A DNA stretch of 64,000 bases. Source: Octopus sinensis (taxonomy: Eukaryota). Within the stretch, counting starts at the first letter, position 1; every line of letters begins with the position of its first letter. Below the pieces are notes generated by a model. The model saw only the letters and a list, made by a program, of their open reading frames with translations, was not told the DNA's origin and ran no database searches. The stretch is from positions 89,714,001 to 89,778,000 of the forward strand of contig NC_042998.1 of NCBI RefSeq assembly GCF_006345805.1, read 5' to 3'. This document shows positions 26,208 through 39,559 of the stretch, in pieces. The translations under genes and the position numbers were made by a program.

Positions 26208-29141
26208 ATATACATATATATATGTATATGTATATATGAGATTAATGCGAGCTTGCCGCCCGCTTTCGATGTCCCATTGCAGTCATCTCACTTTACCTAT
26301 ACTCTTACTTTCCTCGAATTAGCAGTGTGGATTTAACAGTGTAAGTGCATTCCTAGACTAAAGAAATCGCTATTATTCGCATAACTGAATCCAATAATTG
26401 ACCCGATTTCAATTCCAGGATAAACACAGTTTATTTTTGTTATTTCGCTAACAGCCGTGAGAAAAACCAGAACATCACATATTTGTAGTCTCGTAACTAA
26501 GGGAGAAATTATTTTCAATCAGTTTATTGCATTTATTTTACTGTTGTAAATGAATTTGTAAAATGCAATCGCAATAAATTGGTGGTAAGTTCTCGGCGAA
26601 CGGAGTTTGTGACAAAACAGGTTCGAAACTTGTTATATAATTCAACTTCAGTGAACCCTATATTGTACGTGCAATTTTCGAATGTAGTCAATGCATTGTG
26701 CTAAGCTGTCGTGCTGGTTTTCATAGACAGAAACTTCAAAAGTCGTTCGTCGTGGTTCATTGACTCAAAAAGATTACAGGACACTCTCATTCCATTCAAA
26801 GTTGTAAAATGCAAATGTTAAGTAAGTATACAAAATCGAAAGCTCGTTTTCAATGAAATGTTCTCAATGTTTCACAGAGATTTTATTCTTTCGAAAGTTA
26901 TGTCATCCGAGCTCTCTTTTGGGTCGTACTATATATCTTCATTATTAGAATTAGACTTCTACATAGTTATATACTAAATTGTTGTTCAAACATTTATTTT
27001 AATGAATAGATGTCACACGCTAAATTTGACTTGAAAAGTGATTTTGGCCCCTTACTCTCTCTTTCTGTTTCAGATAGAGCCGGTTCGTGTAATTATTAGT
27101 ATAGTTTTCATTCATATTATTGAATAGCTCGGGTCAATTCCTTTTGAAGTAGGTAATCAGCAATCAGAAATAGGTCTGAGCACCATAGTAATGCATACTA
27201 AGAGTATCATGCTCAAAACAGACAAGTCCGTTTTGACGTGTCTATTTCGAAGATAAAATTGTAGAGAAACATTTACTGCTACAGCGAAGCAAACTATCAG
27301 TAAATAATTCCGCGATCTCTATTTCTGTTGAATATTTACAATTAACTTTTTATTCTTTAAGCGTTTAGATTACGATACAAAATTGTGGCATCTGCACACA
27401 TATTTAATCATTTTGATAATAGTGAACAACCATGATCGGTTGATCTTTTGAATCTTGCCGAAATGCACTTCCGTTTCACTTGCTTTATAGGCAAAGGGCC
27501 AAACTATGTGACATTCAAATCAAGTGCGAAATATTTGTTACAAAACTTGTTGGGTGCAGTTAAAGATGGAATACCAAGGTTTGAACTTTGGACCACTATT
27601 TTACTTTGTTATCAATCAGAATTAGAGTTATTTCTTGTTCGGAGAGATACTTTTAGATTATAGATTTATATAGAACACATTTTGGCAGAATGTTGTTAGT
27701 TCTGTTCTTCCCTGTTGTGGGCATGATCGTTGACAATAATAGGGACATTAAACTGCATCCTGTAGTGAGGATTGAGTTCTGGATTTTTGAGTTGCGAAGA
27801 GTCACCTATCAATTACCATTACTCCAAGGTCCGTTCTGAGTCAGAAAGGTAGTACCTGTCAGGGACCCCTCTATAGATCAAATTGATTTTTGTAAGGGTG
27901 GATTGAGTTCCTGGCATGAAATAGCTGCGGAAGCAACTATTTCATGCCAGTGTGCTTTCTGCCGTAGGCGGAAGCGGCGTGAAATGATGAATACAGAAAT
28001 ATTGCTACACTATAATATGCATATAATTAGCTTGAATTGTATTTATGATTCTAGGCATCTAAGTTGTTAAGAGACAATTCGATAAATTGCATTTAGCTAG
28101 GTGTCCTTGTATAGTTGGGTCTTGTCTTGACAGAGTGGTCCTACAAATCATAAATGAAGAATAGAATCAAACTCCATTTTATAGCTATTTTGCTTCTTTC
28201 TTTTTTCTTTTGGCTAACTAGTTTATGAAAAGCTATTGGACATATGTCTGAGGTGAGTATGTATGTGTGTGCACGCGCAAGTATTTGTATGAATTGATTA
28301 TATGTATGAATTATTAAAACCCGTGGATACAAATATTTCCTTTCGTATTGTCGGCAATATGCCCTATATATACATTTCCTCACTGGGAAATAAAGTGAAT
28401 CAGTCATTTAGAAAGGAGTGTCTAGGAAATTGTAAACCTGAGAAGCTCTTCAAAATGAAACATTTCTATGAGTCTCTGCACACCTGTTTTATTAGCTTTA
28501 CACTTGATTGATGATAGTATTTGAAACTAAGATTACATCTATGAGCAAAACTTAAGATATTTAAGCTTCACCACGATTAAAACAAATTCGTAAAAATACT
28601 GCTGAAGAAATCAGCATATCTCATCATATACCGATAAAAAATATTGCATGAGAATTTTGCATAACTGATCGTATGAAACGCCGAATGAAATAAAGGAGAA
28701 GAATTCATCTATTAACTTTTATATGTTTCTATGAATGCTATTTCAGGAATGTTCTTTGAAAGTATTTTGTGTCACTTTGTGATATGTACATGTATTCTTT
28801 TTTCATAAGCAATCTAACCTGTGCTAGTTGGTACCCAAAAACCATTCAAGAGATATAATGTAGGATTTTCGTTTCGCATCAGTTGGCAAACGGCTTAAGT
28901 TGCAAAACAACTCGTCTTTGATAACTATGTCACACACGGATGAACTTCTTTCAAAGCTGCTAACTTATAACCTAAAGTAGTATTCCCTCCCTATTAGTGT
29001 GTGTATCGTGTGTATGAATTTATATTTGTGCACATATATGCATGAAAGAAGTCTTATATATACATATATATACATATATATGTTCGATTGCTGGTTTGGC
29101 TGGTTTGCATATGTGGAATAGTATTATAATACATCCTTTTG

Positions 29142-29226
<85 letters not shown>

Positions 29227-29395
29227 TGTATGTATGTATATAAAAGGTACTGGTATCTAGAAGCTCCCAAAAGTGGGAATATATATATATGTATATACAC
29301 ATATATACATATATATATGTATATATGTACATATACATATGTATTTATATATATATAATATATATACATACATACATACATACACACATACATAC

Positions 29396-29427
<32 letters not shown>

Positions 29428-29519
29428 ATGTAGAATTCACAAAATACAAAAGACGAAGACAGGTGTTGTAGATAACAAACAGATGTATTAGTATGTATAT
29501 GTATATCCTTTAAGCTCGT

Positions 29520-29870
29520 TCACAGGAAACGTTTTTGAGTATGCATATAAAAGCTCCTATTTCATTATGTCGGCTACAGCCTAATGATACCAACTTGCAA
29601 TTTCAGTTTTATGGTGTTGTACCGAGCTGTGCCGATATAATGTAGGGTAAATATAGGAATAATAATAATCTATGGATACAATTTATAGATATTTTAATGC
29701 ATCGCTACGTACGTTTCCACAAATTACATGTTTCTTACAATCATAGTCCATATTCCTGAGTTGATTACATTTCAATCCGAATTATCCACGGACATCAGGT
29801 GGATCATACTTCATGCGTTCATTTCATCAAGCGATCTGGCATTAAAGTTGGAAGCAACGAATGCATAACT
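29520..29870 (-). mobile_element. Very decayed LINE endonuclease fragment (possibly RTE)
   Basis: Minus strand ASNFNARSLDEM resembles the (T/S)FN.R(T/S)L start of APE domains; downstream similarity is weak. Confidence 0.3.
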
Positions 29871-30619
29871 GACAGATGTTTATCAATTTTTACCAAAAGA
29901 ACGTGATTTACAAATGTGAAGTGAACACGGGTGCTCAAAAATATGTGTACATTGGTGGAACCGAAGTGCCTACTGAACAGGCGGAATTAATTACCGTTGT
30001 ATTCGTTCGTGGTCGGTTTTGTCTTCTCCTATGCATCGCAATCAGATTATCTGTCTCATGAAGATGTTGCTAGATCTCATCCTCATTATTGGAGCTTCCG
30101 GCATCTCCTTCGACGACTTTACACTTTTGTCGCGGATATCTTGATCTAAATGTTTACTACATTTTGTAAAGGATGTCATCGGTACCCCATCAGCTTTTTG
30201 ATGTGTTGACAATTTCATTTCTAGGTCCCGAGAGAATCTAACAGATAGAATATATCTATTGCTCGGTACACTTAGCATTTTGTTGACAGTTTTATGTTAC
30301 TTTGGGTCTGCAGTCGATCATTGAGCTTCCTGAAAGCGACCACAGTAGACTAGTTGTCAGACATAACAGATTTCGCACTTCCTTTCTTAACATATATTGC
30401 TCCTTGTTTTTAATTATTTTTTCTTATGCTTTGATTTTATTCCATTTCCTGCATTTTTTCCCATAACTTTCCTTTTCTCTGCTTCGTTCTATCGCAGTTA
30501 GTCAAAGTTATCGTATATCGCATAATAGCTCAACTAACACAAGGAAAGACAGACAGATGTACACACACACACACACTCACATAAACACGCATGACATGAA
30601 CATAATCCATATCCGTCAA

Positions 30620-30790
30620 GGAAGTTGTCCCTAAGTGGTTGAGAGGATGCTAGAAACATCAACTGTATGTATCTCCCATTACACCGTATCTTTTTAAAAA
30701 GTGGCATTTGATAACGTGGTTATAGAGCTTTTATAACTGAAGAAAAGTTGGATAGCCATGACTGGAATATCATTGATCATAGGCTCAGTT
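30620..30790 (+). repeat. Decayed SINE-like fragment (family D; a related 3' piece at about 10470-10535)
   Basis: GGATGCTAGAAA...CATGACTGGAAT..TTGATCATAGG; the 10470 piece reads ATAGGTCTGC..GAGTTGACCTGGTGCTAAACAACAAC. Family link partly from memory. Confidence 0.4.
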
Positions 30791-31719
30791 ATGAATGAAT
30801 TCGATTAGAACAACATCCATATCTAATCGAATCAATGGCTACTTTTAATCTGTTACTTTTCGCTTGTTTTTTATATATGTAGGTTCTCATGTAAAATATG
30901 ACCATATTTATTTGAAAATATTTTCTTGTGCAGCAAATATGAATATCTAAATAAAATTTATATTAGTTAAATTAAATTGCCTTAAGTATTGTATCAGTAC
31001 TTCTACAAATATTTCTATATTTGTATAAGAATATCAGTGTCAAAGTTTTGTTCTTACACTCAAACTTAACATATATGTAAAAGCAGTGGCTAGTAGAAGC
31101 TAAGGGCAGTAAATAAGAGAAGTTATATAGGGAAGTATAGTGCTACACATAAAAGATTGCAGTAATTATGTCCCTTTACATTCTGAATTGAAACGCCACT
31201 GTGGTTCGTTTTGTCGCTCACTTTGTTGTATCGATAAAATAAGTAGCTGTAATTTACTTAAAGCCGCTTTCTTGATAAATCTGCGACTTTGTACTAATCA
31301 TTAGTTAGGATCTGCCGATTTTCATATTGACTTAGACCTTTTCGATTATTTGAACTTTAAAAGAATGTCAGATGCCTCCCACAACCCAGTTTTTACTACA
31401 AAGTAGTAATTTCTTGATGCATTGTAGATATCTACATGCGTACTTGATTAAGTCAGTGTTGTAAGTTTTCTGTCACTGAAATTTCAGAGATCCGAGTAAT
31501 TATCAACTTGTGCACTCAGCAAATTTGTCTATATCAAAAACTACTACCGATCTATACAATTGGTGAACGTCTTTAGTGTTGCAAGCTTCCTGGATAATTA
31601 CAAACGGATTGCTCGGAGAACTATCATACGTTCCGAAAGAATGAGGAAAATTCTTTTATCTGTAGATAGATTAGTAGTTTACTTATCAGCTGGCATATTT
31701 CCTTTTTAAAGAAACTTCA

Positions 31720-32300
31720 AGTGTACGATTTTTAACCGGCGATTGACCTGTAATTGTTTGGCATAAAGCACACAATGATCATTGTATCTTTACATACTGA
31801 CGATTGACTGTCTGCTGCGGAATGGTGACCTCTGTCGATACTTGTCCAGAACAGCAACAGATCCAAATACATCATTTCGTCATTGGTAATTGAATTTCTT
31901 TGTCTTTGTCTCCTTTCTTTGGTCGAATCTGTTTCTCATGTTGTGTCCAAGTTATATATGTTCACTTCTTAGATGATGGTTCCGTTCCGTCAATTTCTGA
32001 TCCCCAAATTTTTACCCAGATACATTCTCAAGAGTGCAGTGTCTCTTATTTTGATATACCGTGGGCATACACTGTTTTGGGTTGTACCGTGTTTGGCGTT
32101 TTGCTTTTGCAATGAATTGTAATTTGAAAGTATAGTGTTCGAAAACGTTTACGATTTTCGCCTGTTTTGATTTCTTGTTTGACACATAATAACTCGGAAT
32201 ACAGAGCTCCAGAGCCGAAAATAGTTCGTGACAAAAACATTTCGCTGGAGTATTATATAAATCACGCTTGAAAGTAACGATATATCGTTTAGCTGGCATA
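31720..32300 (-). mobile_element. Possible highly decayed mariner remnant
   Basis: Minus-strand pieces IRPKK and VTIPQQTVNRQY resemble mariner P.PKK and VP.GQTVN..Y; many stops and frameshifts. Confidence 0.3.
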
Positions 32301-32759
32301 TTTAATTGGAAATAGTTGTCTCCACTCCATTGGAAAGTCTGTTTCAGGACATGGGATTGGTAGACACTGAAATATTGCAACTATGACAGCGATTCTCTGT
32401 ATGAGACCATCACCACGTAAGCTTCGAAACAACTGGCTAATACTGACAGCTTCAGAATAATAACTTCAGTGGAAGAGTTATCTGGTGAGCAAAATGTATT
32501 TCGTTTAGGAATCAGCTATTTGGAGATAATATTTCCCCATTAATAGGAGCTGTCTGTGTAGACTTTGAAAAGAGGTTTATGCCAGGACCACAATTGTTTG
32601 GCTTTTTTTTTCCTGGAATAGAACATTTGAAATAGTTGCACTTCATTTCGAATTCTATATGCAGCCAGTAAGTTTAACTGTGAGCAGATGTTTTCAAAAG
32701 TTGATCCCTATTTAACTAATGCGAACTCATCTGATTACATGTAGGCGTAGAATTCTGCG

Positions 32760-32951
32760 AGGAGTGGCTGTGTGGTAATTAGGCGCAGGAGTGGCTGTGT
32801 TAAGCAGCTTGCTTACCAACCACATGGTTCCGGGTTCAGTCCCACTGCGTGGCACCTTGGGCAAGTGTCTTCTACTATAGCCTCAGGCCGACCAAATCCT
32901 TGTGAGTGGATTTGGTAGACGGAAACTAAAAGAAGCCCGTAGTATATATGT

Positions 32952-33011
<60 letters not shown>

Positions 33012-33210
33012 TGTGTGTGTGTCTGTGTCTGTGTTTGTCCACCAACGTCGCTTGACAACCTATGCTGGTGTGTTTACGTCCCCGTAATTAGCGTTCTGCA
33101 AAAAATAACGATAGAATAAGTACTAGGCTTGGAGTCGATTTGCTCGACTAAAGGCGGTGCATCAGCATGGCCATAGTCAACTGACTGAAACAAGTAAAAG
33201 GGTAAAAGAG
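32760..33210 (+). mobile_element. SINE family B (head AGGCGCAGGAGTGGCTGTG, internal microsatellite, AAAAGAG tail) with duplicated head
   Basis: Box B-like GGGTTCAGTCCC, CACCTTGGGCAAGTGTCTT, GATTTGGTAGACGGAAACT, internal (TG)n, 3' GACTGAAACAAGTAAAAG. Confidence 0.88.
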
Positions 33211-33906
33211 TATTTAGCAATTTATATAAACTCACTTCATTGGAAAGTCTCTCGTACTGCAATAGAGCTTACGCACATTGATTGTTAGAAGTTTCTTTTA
33301 TTCATATGCTTATAAGTGCGTATCAATTAGGGCTTATTTTGTGAAATGCTAGCTGCCAATAAACTTTCAAATAGGTCTTTTAACATTGACAGAGAATATT
33401 GGTACTCCTTGGGGTTGGAATTGAGGGCCGAGGAGTAATAAGACTATAGAAAAAAATGAGTGAGATAATAATTACGATATAAAGAATATGTTTATTTATT
33501 ACGACTGCTGTCATTTCGGCGCCAGACTTCTTGAGTTAGCTCAAATTGCAGGTTATTGTAGTTGAACGCATGTTAAGTAATTAAGACTTTACACGAAGAT
33601 TTTGGATCCTGTTCAATAATATGATATGAAACACAAAGATTACTTGACAGGTACAAAGGCACTCAAATTCACAAATTGGTTAAGGTGACAATGCATTTAA
33701 ATTCGCCATCTATGCGTAACCATATTTCATATTTGTGTTCGATTGAACTCCCAGTCGAATATATGTTTATTATCAAACTGAAATCGATTTAAGGTATCTG
33801 TTTCGAGTAATGGGCTCGTATTTTCTAGAAGCTTAAGGTTGACCTGAAATACAAGAATAACTACAGTCCTGAACTTTTGAGCCTTGCAGTGTCTTTCTAG
33901 TTATTG

Positions 33907-33955
<49 letters not shown>

Positions 33956-34091
33956 CTGCAACGCAATTTTTACCTTATGCACGTCGTATCAATGTGAAAA
34001 TTTATTCGTTGAGTGAAATCATTTTCGCTGCTAGTGTCGTAGTATTGTTATATTGCTATCAAAATAACACAACTACATTTGTTATTTACAG

Positions 34092-34157
34092 GGATCTTTA
34101 CAAGAACTGAAACTTTATTCGAACCCCGACGTCGCCACCTACTACGAAGAGGCTATT
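34092..34157 (+). CDS. COL15A1/COL18A1: Multiplexin coding exon: TSPN C-terminal strand GSLQELKLYSNPDVATYYEEAI, phase 0-0, 66 nt
   Basis: TTATTTACAG acceptor (34090-91) and GTAAGT donor (34158). Joins in frame to ..KNMFV and gives the G(S/A)(L/I)Q(E/Q)L....(N/D)P motif that closes TSPN domains. Confidence 0.9.
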
Positions 34158-34496
34158 GTAAGTATCATGTGCTTCTATTTTGTCAACTACTAATTTTCTT
34201 TTCCTCCAGCTGTACAGTTTCCAACATTTCATAAACATCGAAACTTAATCGTTGTACAACTCATTTGTTGCTCACATTCTCCGCCGAAAAGCTGACTGAT
34301 AGTTTCAAAATAGCAAAAGTATTCGGCGCGGGTGTTGCAGTTATTTTCCTCTTGTCAGATATCTACGTATTTTGAGTGAGGATATATATATGCATGTATG
34401 TATGTATGTATGTATGTATGTATGTATGTATGTATGTATGTATGTATGTATGTATGTATGTATGTATTATGTATGTATGTATGTATGTGTGTATGT

Positions 34497-34656
34497 GCAC
34501 TTGGTCTGCAATGTTTGCGGTCGTGTATGCTTTGTCAAGAGCAGAGCTCATTAGCCACCAACGGAGCTGCAAATGCAAAATATAAGTTAGTTCTAGAGCG
34601 CACAATGTTCCTGAAGGTCAGCAATGGTCTTCCTCGGTCACGAGTGGACGGCCATT
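34497..34656 (+). mobile_element. RTE-clade LINE extreme 3' end (Cys/His finger plus 3'UTR) between (TATG)n tracts
   Basis: LVCNVCGRVC..KSRA / LISHQRSCKCKI* (frameshifted), a short UTR, then an ATGT tail; TATG arrays at about 34390-34490 and 34657-34810. Confidence 0.7.
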
Positions 34657-35799
34657 ATGTATGTATGTATGTATGTATGTATGTATGTATGTATGTATGT
34701 ATGTATTATTATGTATGTATGTATATATGTATGTATGTATGCATATATGTATGTATGTATGCATCCATGTATGTATGTATTATGTATATGCATATATGCA
34801 TATTATGTATACGTGTTCACTTTTTGTAAAAGCAAAGTGTAATGTGATCGCTATGCAGCCATCTAGCAACTTGTATTCGTTTTGAACTTTTGCATAAACA
34901 TTTCTTTTTACATTAGGAAATGTATTGAATATTAAACGCTCTATACAATTTTAAGCAATGTAAACTTTTCCTTACCAAGTAAGCATAGGTTATTTAAAAG
35001 CAGAGAGTGTGGATAGCCGAATCAGTAGGGTACCGAATTACTAACCAACATGTCGGAGTTCACATTTTGTCAACTATACTGTATTATGTTTATGGCTAAA
35101 ACATTTCTTAACGGGCTTAGTTCCCCCAATTCGAAGTAGATGCCGTATAAATGACATAGTACATGGTTTAACCTCAGTGGGTAGCTATGTTACAAAAGAG
35201 CACACTCTCAGAACATGCAATGGCATCTTAAGTTTGAGTAACCAACTATTTTTAAGAGAAAAAATCCTAAAATCAATCATACGTATTCGAGTTGCAGCAA
35301 ATATATGCAAAGCCGTTAGACATATTCATCCTAGTTTGAAAACAGAGTAACACTAGATGAGAAACAAAAGTTAACATAATTTCTAGAATCAGACGGAGAG
35401 CAAGACGAAAATAACCCAACAATTCCAGTCTGAGATAAGATCTGACAAACAATAACATCGTAAACTCTCTCTCTCTCCTCTCTTTCTCCCAAACCTTTCT
35501 CTCCTGTCTTACTCCCAAACCTCTCTCACCCCTCTTTTTCTCCGCTTTCCCTCTTGAGTTGAAGAACAAGCCATTCCCACATAACAAGCATCGAACAGAA
35601 TACTTCTACAAAGCCAATGTTTTCTGATAAACCTTTGGGAATCGGTTATGTGTTCTAAATACTCATAGCCTAACAATATTCTCTTAAAATACAATCAGCT
35701 GCGATCTTCAAAACAAAGCAAAAATCAAAAAGATAAAATACAAACTCAAAGCTGACGCATTCACCGATCAAATTTCAGCGCAGGGAAGCTGTAAGGAAC

Positions 35800-37000
35800 T
35801 AGCCACTTTATTATTGCATTTCTTTATTAACGACACATTTCGAAATCACTAAAAGACCACCTCTGTGACACCTGTTCACAAAGAGTAATCCAGTAACGAT
35901 TCATTAATCTGTCATTTAGTATCATTATCCAGCATCATCGACAATGTAATGGAACTACCATTCAATAAATAACTGAAAAGTTACCTAGTAAAAAACCATC
36001 GCTTACATGATAAAACCCTTATCCTTTCCCAGACATGAAATAATTTTCTAGATATGAGCCAAGAAATTTACCTCACAGCAAGATCCTTCAGAGATACTCG
36101 TTCTGATTTGTCTCCTATCGATGTCTAAAGCTCAATATTTGACTTGCTTTTGACGCTGTTGATTCAGTTCTATTTCCACCAGTAAGATTGGGTGCGGCAA
36201 GGTAGCATTGCCTTTCTAAATAAACAGAAACCATGTAAGGGTGAAAGCTTTGGAAGCTTTGACAGAGGGTTGGAGTTTGAGACTTATGCCTTCAAAGTGC
36301 AAAGTAGTGCTTTCATAAAAGGAAAGCAGTCTCTCAAAATTTGAATTGCATTCTGTAAGCTGTCTTTTGAAAAATATTTGAAGTGTGAAGAAAAATCACG
36401 AACAAACTGCTTATGGGGGCGGGGGAAACATCGCTTACAAAGCTCAACTCCGAAGCTTCATGTAGCAAACTTGTCTATCCTGTATGAATAACCTAAAAAA
36501 ATTTCAATATATTCTTCCTTCGAATCAGTACATAAAGACAAGTTTTCCAGCGGTCTCTGCAACGAAACAGGCTAATAAAATATCAAAATTTATTGCTAAC
36601 AAGAGTTTACTGACAGAGTTTGAATCCGTAGGTTTATTCTTTTTTCAGCGAGGTATATGGTATTCTATAATGAGTATTCCTTCCACGAGTGGTGTGACCA
36701 AATAGTATAACAAGATGATCTGCTGTTTATTATCTCCAAATTATTCCCCGAAAATCAATAGCTTGTTGCTTCCATCCAAATGATCTAACATCTGTGAAGC
36801 TGGTAAAGCAAACAAATCTACGATGAAAAGTATTCATTATTTTCATCAATTGAAGCTTGTGTTACTCCAGAGCGAAAAAGTATTTTTGAGAAAAACATCT
36901 TGCGCTATAGTTTTCCATTGTGTATGCTGATGAAGTGAGCAAAAAGAAATTCATTATCAGTAATAAATAACTGCAGGCAACGTAGCTGAGTATGTTGTTT
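35800..37000 (-). mobile_element. Possible highly decayed DDE transposase (piggyBac-like)
   Basis: Only scattered resemblance (LVEG...YHI; a W(Y)..V.F-like C-terminal stretch); many stops. Confidence 0.25.
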
Positions 37001-38360
37001 TTCTCGTTGCTTTAGCTTTATGGTTAAGGGGAAAACCAATCTAACAATAACTCTCCTATCTTTCTGCATTTCTAGAACTACACTTTCGAGACGGAGTATG
37101 TAAAAATATGTGCATCACGTTAAATGCGAATCAGGCAATGCCAAAGAAACAGTGAGAAAAATAGTTATGGAGAATGTATGAAACTATAACAGTTGATAGT
37201 ATGGTACATCAGACCCAAAAAGGAAATATATCTGACACGATGAGTATTGAGATGTATATACCACTGACTAAGAGATATCACAAACATGTAGTAATTCTTA
37301 ATAGTATAGTCCATTGATTACAATTTTGTTGAGTTCAAATAAACACATAAACGCACACGTAGAGGGGGGAGAGAGAGAAACACTGAGGGGCAGACAGAAC
37401 AAGCAAGCGAGAGACGGATATCAAGGGAGAACGAAACCAAAAGTTACTTTTGTACTACGACCTCACACTAGTTTCCAGGAATTAGACTCAACGATCTTCA
37501 TTTTGCTGTAGTTGGAGACTCAAAACGTTTATATGTACGTAGCACAATGACACTATTGTGTGTGTGCGTGTGTGTGTGTGTCGCTAAGAAAGCAATAAAA
37601 CTTTTTGACTTAAGGTAGTTCTCAGTGCTTGCAAATATGTATTTGAGTTGGCATCTATTCACATATGCATATATGTATGTACTGTTGACAGACAGGTCAT
37701 TAGTATACCATTGTAACTACTTAGCTGAAGTCTACAAATTTCCATAACCAATATTTTTAACGTTATTTTCGTGTAGTGATTAGCACAGCTATACGGTTTA
37801 CACCAATTGCATCGTTCGAAATCCGAAAACTATAACACATCTTTTCTTCATCTTCTTTCTCACACATATATATATATACAGTAGCAGAATCACCATCCCA
37901 CTACATCTACACATTCAAAGCAGTTTGCCAATGGTCCTTTAGTAACAACATAGTTTGATAAACTCAGTGGCTGCTACTAAATTCAAGCCACAACAGAGAG
38001 GATATTCTCGAAGTCGAGAATTTGAACTTACGGAGATAATATTTACATATCACTTGAAGAAACCCAACTAAATCTCATAATGCAGGGAAACTGTTGCATA
38101 ATCAAGTACCTGTACACCTGGAGCACTACGTTGCGTATAAACAATTGTAGTGATTGAAATATAAATGTCCAACCGTATTCCTTCTTATAGACTCCAAACT
38201 CTTTCAATTATCTGTTCCCACACAACAGATACCCAAACGCAAACATGGAAGTACGTATAATACTACTTCTGACTAACACAAGGTAAATCTGAAGGTGGAC
38301 AAGCTTTATACTGTACTCAACTATGTTCTTAACAGAATATACCATAACTATATATACATA

Positions 38361-38525
38361 TGCTGGTATGTTTACGTCCCCGTCACTTAGCGGTTCTGCA
38401 AGAGAGGCCGATAGAATAAGTACTAGGCTTACAAAGAATAAGTCCTGGGGTCGATTTGCTCGACTAAAGGCGGTGCTCCAGCATGGCCGCAGTCAAGTGA
38501 CTGAAACAAATAAATGAAAAAAGAA
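38361..38525 (+). mobile_element. SINE family B, 3' half
   Basis: TGCTGGTATGTTTACGTCCCCGTCACTTAGCGG...CCTGGGGTCGATTTGCTCGACTAAAGGCGG...GACTGAAAC. Confidence 0.85.
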
Positions 38526-38979
38526 TATAATGCGTACGTGTTTGAGTCTACAAACAAGAGGCGTTAAAGTAAAGTATTCGTTGCATGTAGTGTAGACTAT
38601 ATACTATGCGAAACTCAAGTACGAAGCTCAGAATAGCAACAGTAAAATTTTGACTAGGAAAAGTTAAGATCTATATCAGGTTGTAGAGTTACTGACATTT
38701 TTTTTTTTTCAAAGTATGACAACTACAAGAATAGTTCTTAGCTAGAAGTAAACTTCTCTAACTAGCATTTGTTGATATGGAGAAGGCTTTGAGAGCCATA
38801 CAGACTATAAGATCATGATTTAGACAAACAGAACAGGCAAGACAGAGGAGTTAGCAAGAGAAACTAAAGTTACTTTCGTACCATGGTCTCACGCTAGTTT
38901 CCAAGAATTAGACACAGCGATATTCATTTTGTTGTGGTTTGCGACGCAAAAAGTTGATTTGTACGCGACACGATGACAC

Positions 38980-39019
<40 letters not shown>

Positions 39020-39559
39020 TCACATAATGTAATCTTACTGTCTGATGTTTGCAAAGAAAACTGAATAGATGAATGTTTCGGGAGAGTAGTGAAGCTATGC
39101 AGACTGATGCAATAAGAAAAATGCTGGCTAACAATGAGTTCAGTTAGGAATTTAAGGAGCATATAAGTGCTCATCAAAGCGTGGTTCGCAGCCCCTCCTA
39201 TTTATTCCAGTTCTCCCCACCAGTTACTCCATATTCGGAAAACATGGTCCTTAAAGCAGGAACGGTAGAGAATTCGGAGAAGAAATTCTAGATATGAAAG
39301 CAAAATCTATAATCAAGAGGCCCCTGAGTAAACTTAACAGACTAGATATTTTGTTAATAAGAAAATGGAAATGACTCTGATACTATCAGAGAAATGGTCA
39401 TCTTCATTGTGCAGAAAATTAGTTGGTATAAATTCTATATAATGCGCCCAATGTGATCTTTAGATATACAAGAGATGTTGTATAATCAAAGGAAGCTTGG
39501 CGATGAATAAAAATGTTTCTTGTGGTTAATGCTACAGTTAGCAGGCAGAGTACTAGTAA

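Noticed and set aside
32397-32430. CTG-T-ATGAG...CGAAAC hammerhead-like core
   Set aside because: The CTGATGA box has an insertion and no GTH triplet or stems I/III could be formed; at most a dead pseudo-LTR remnant.
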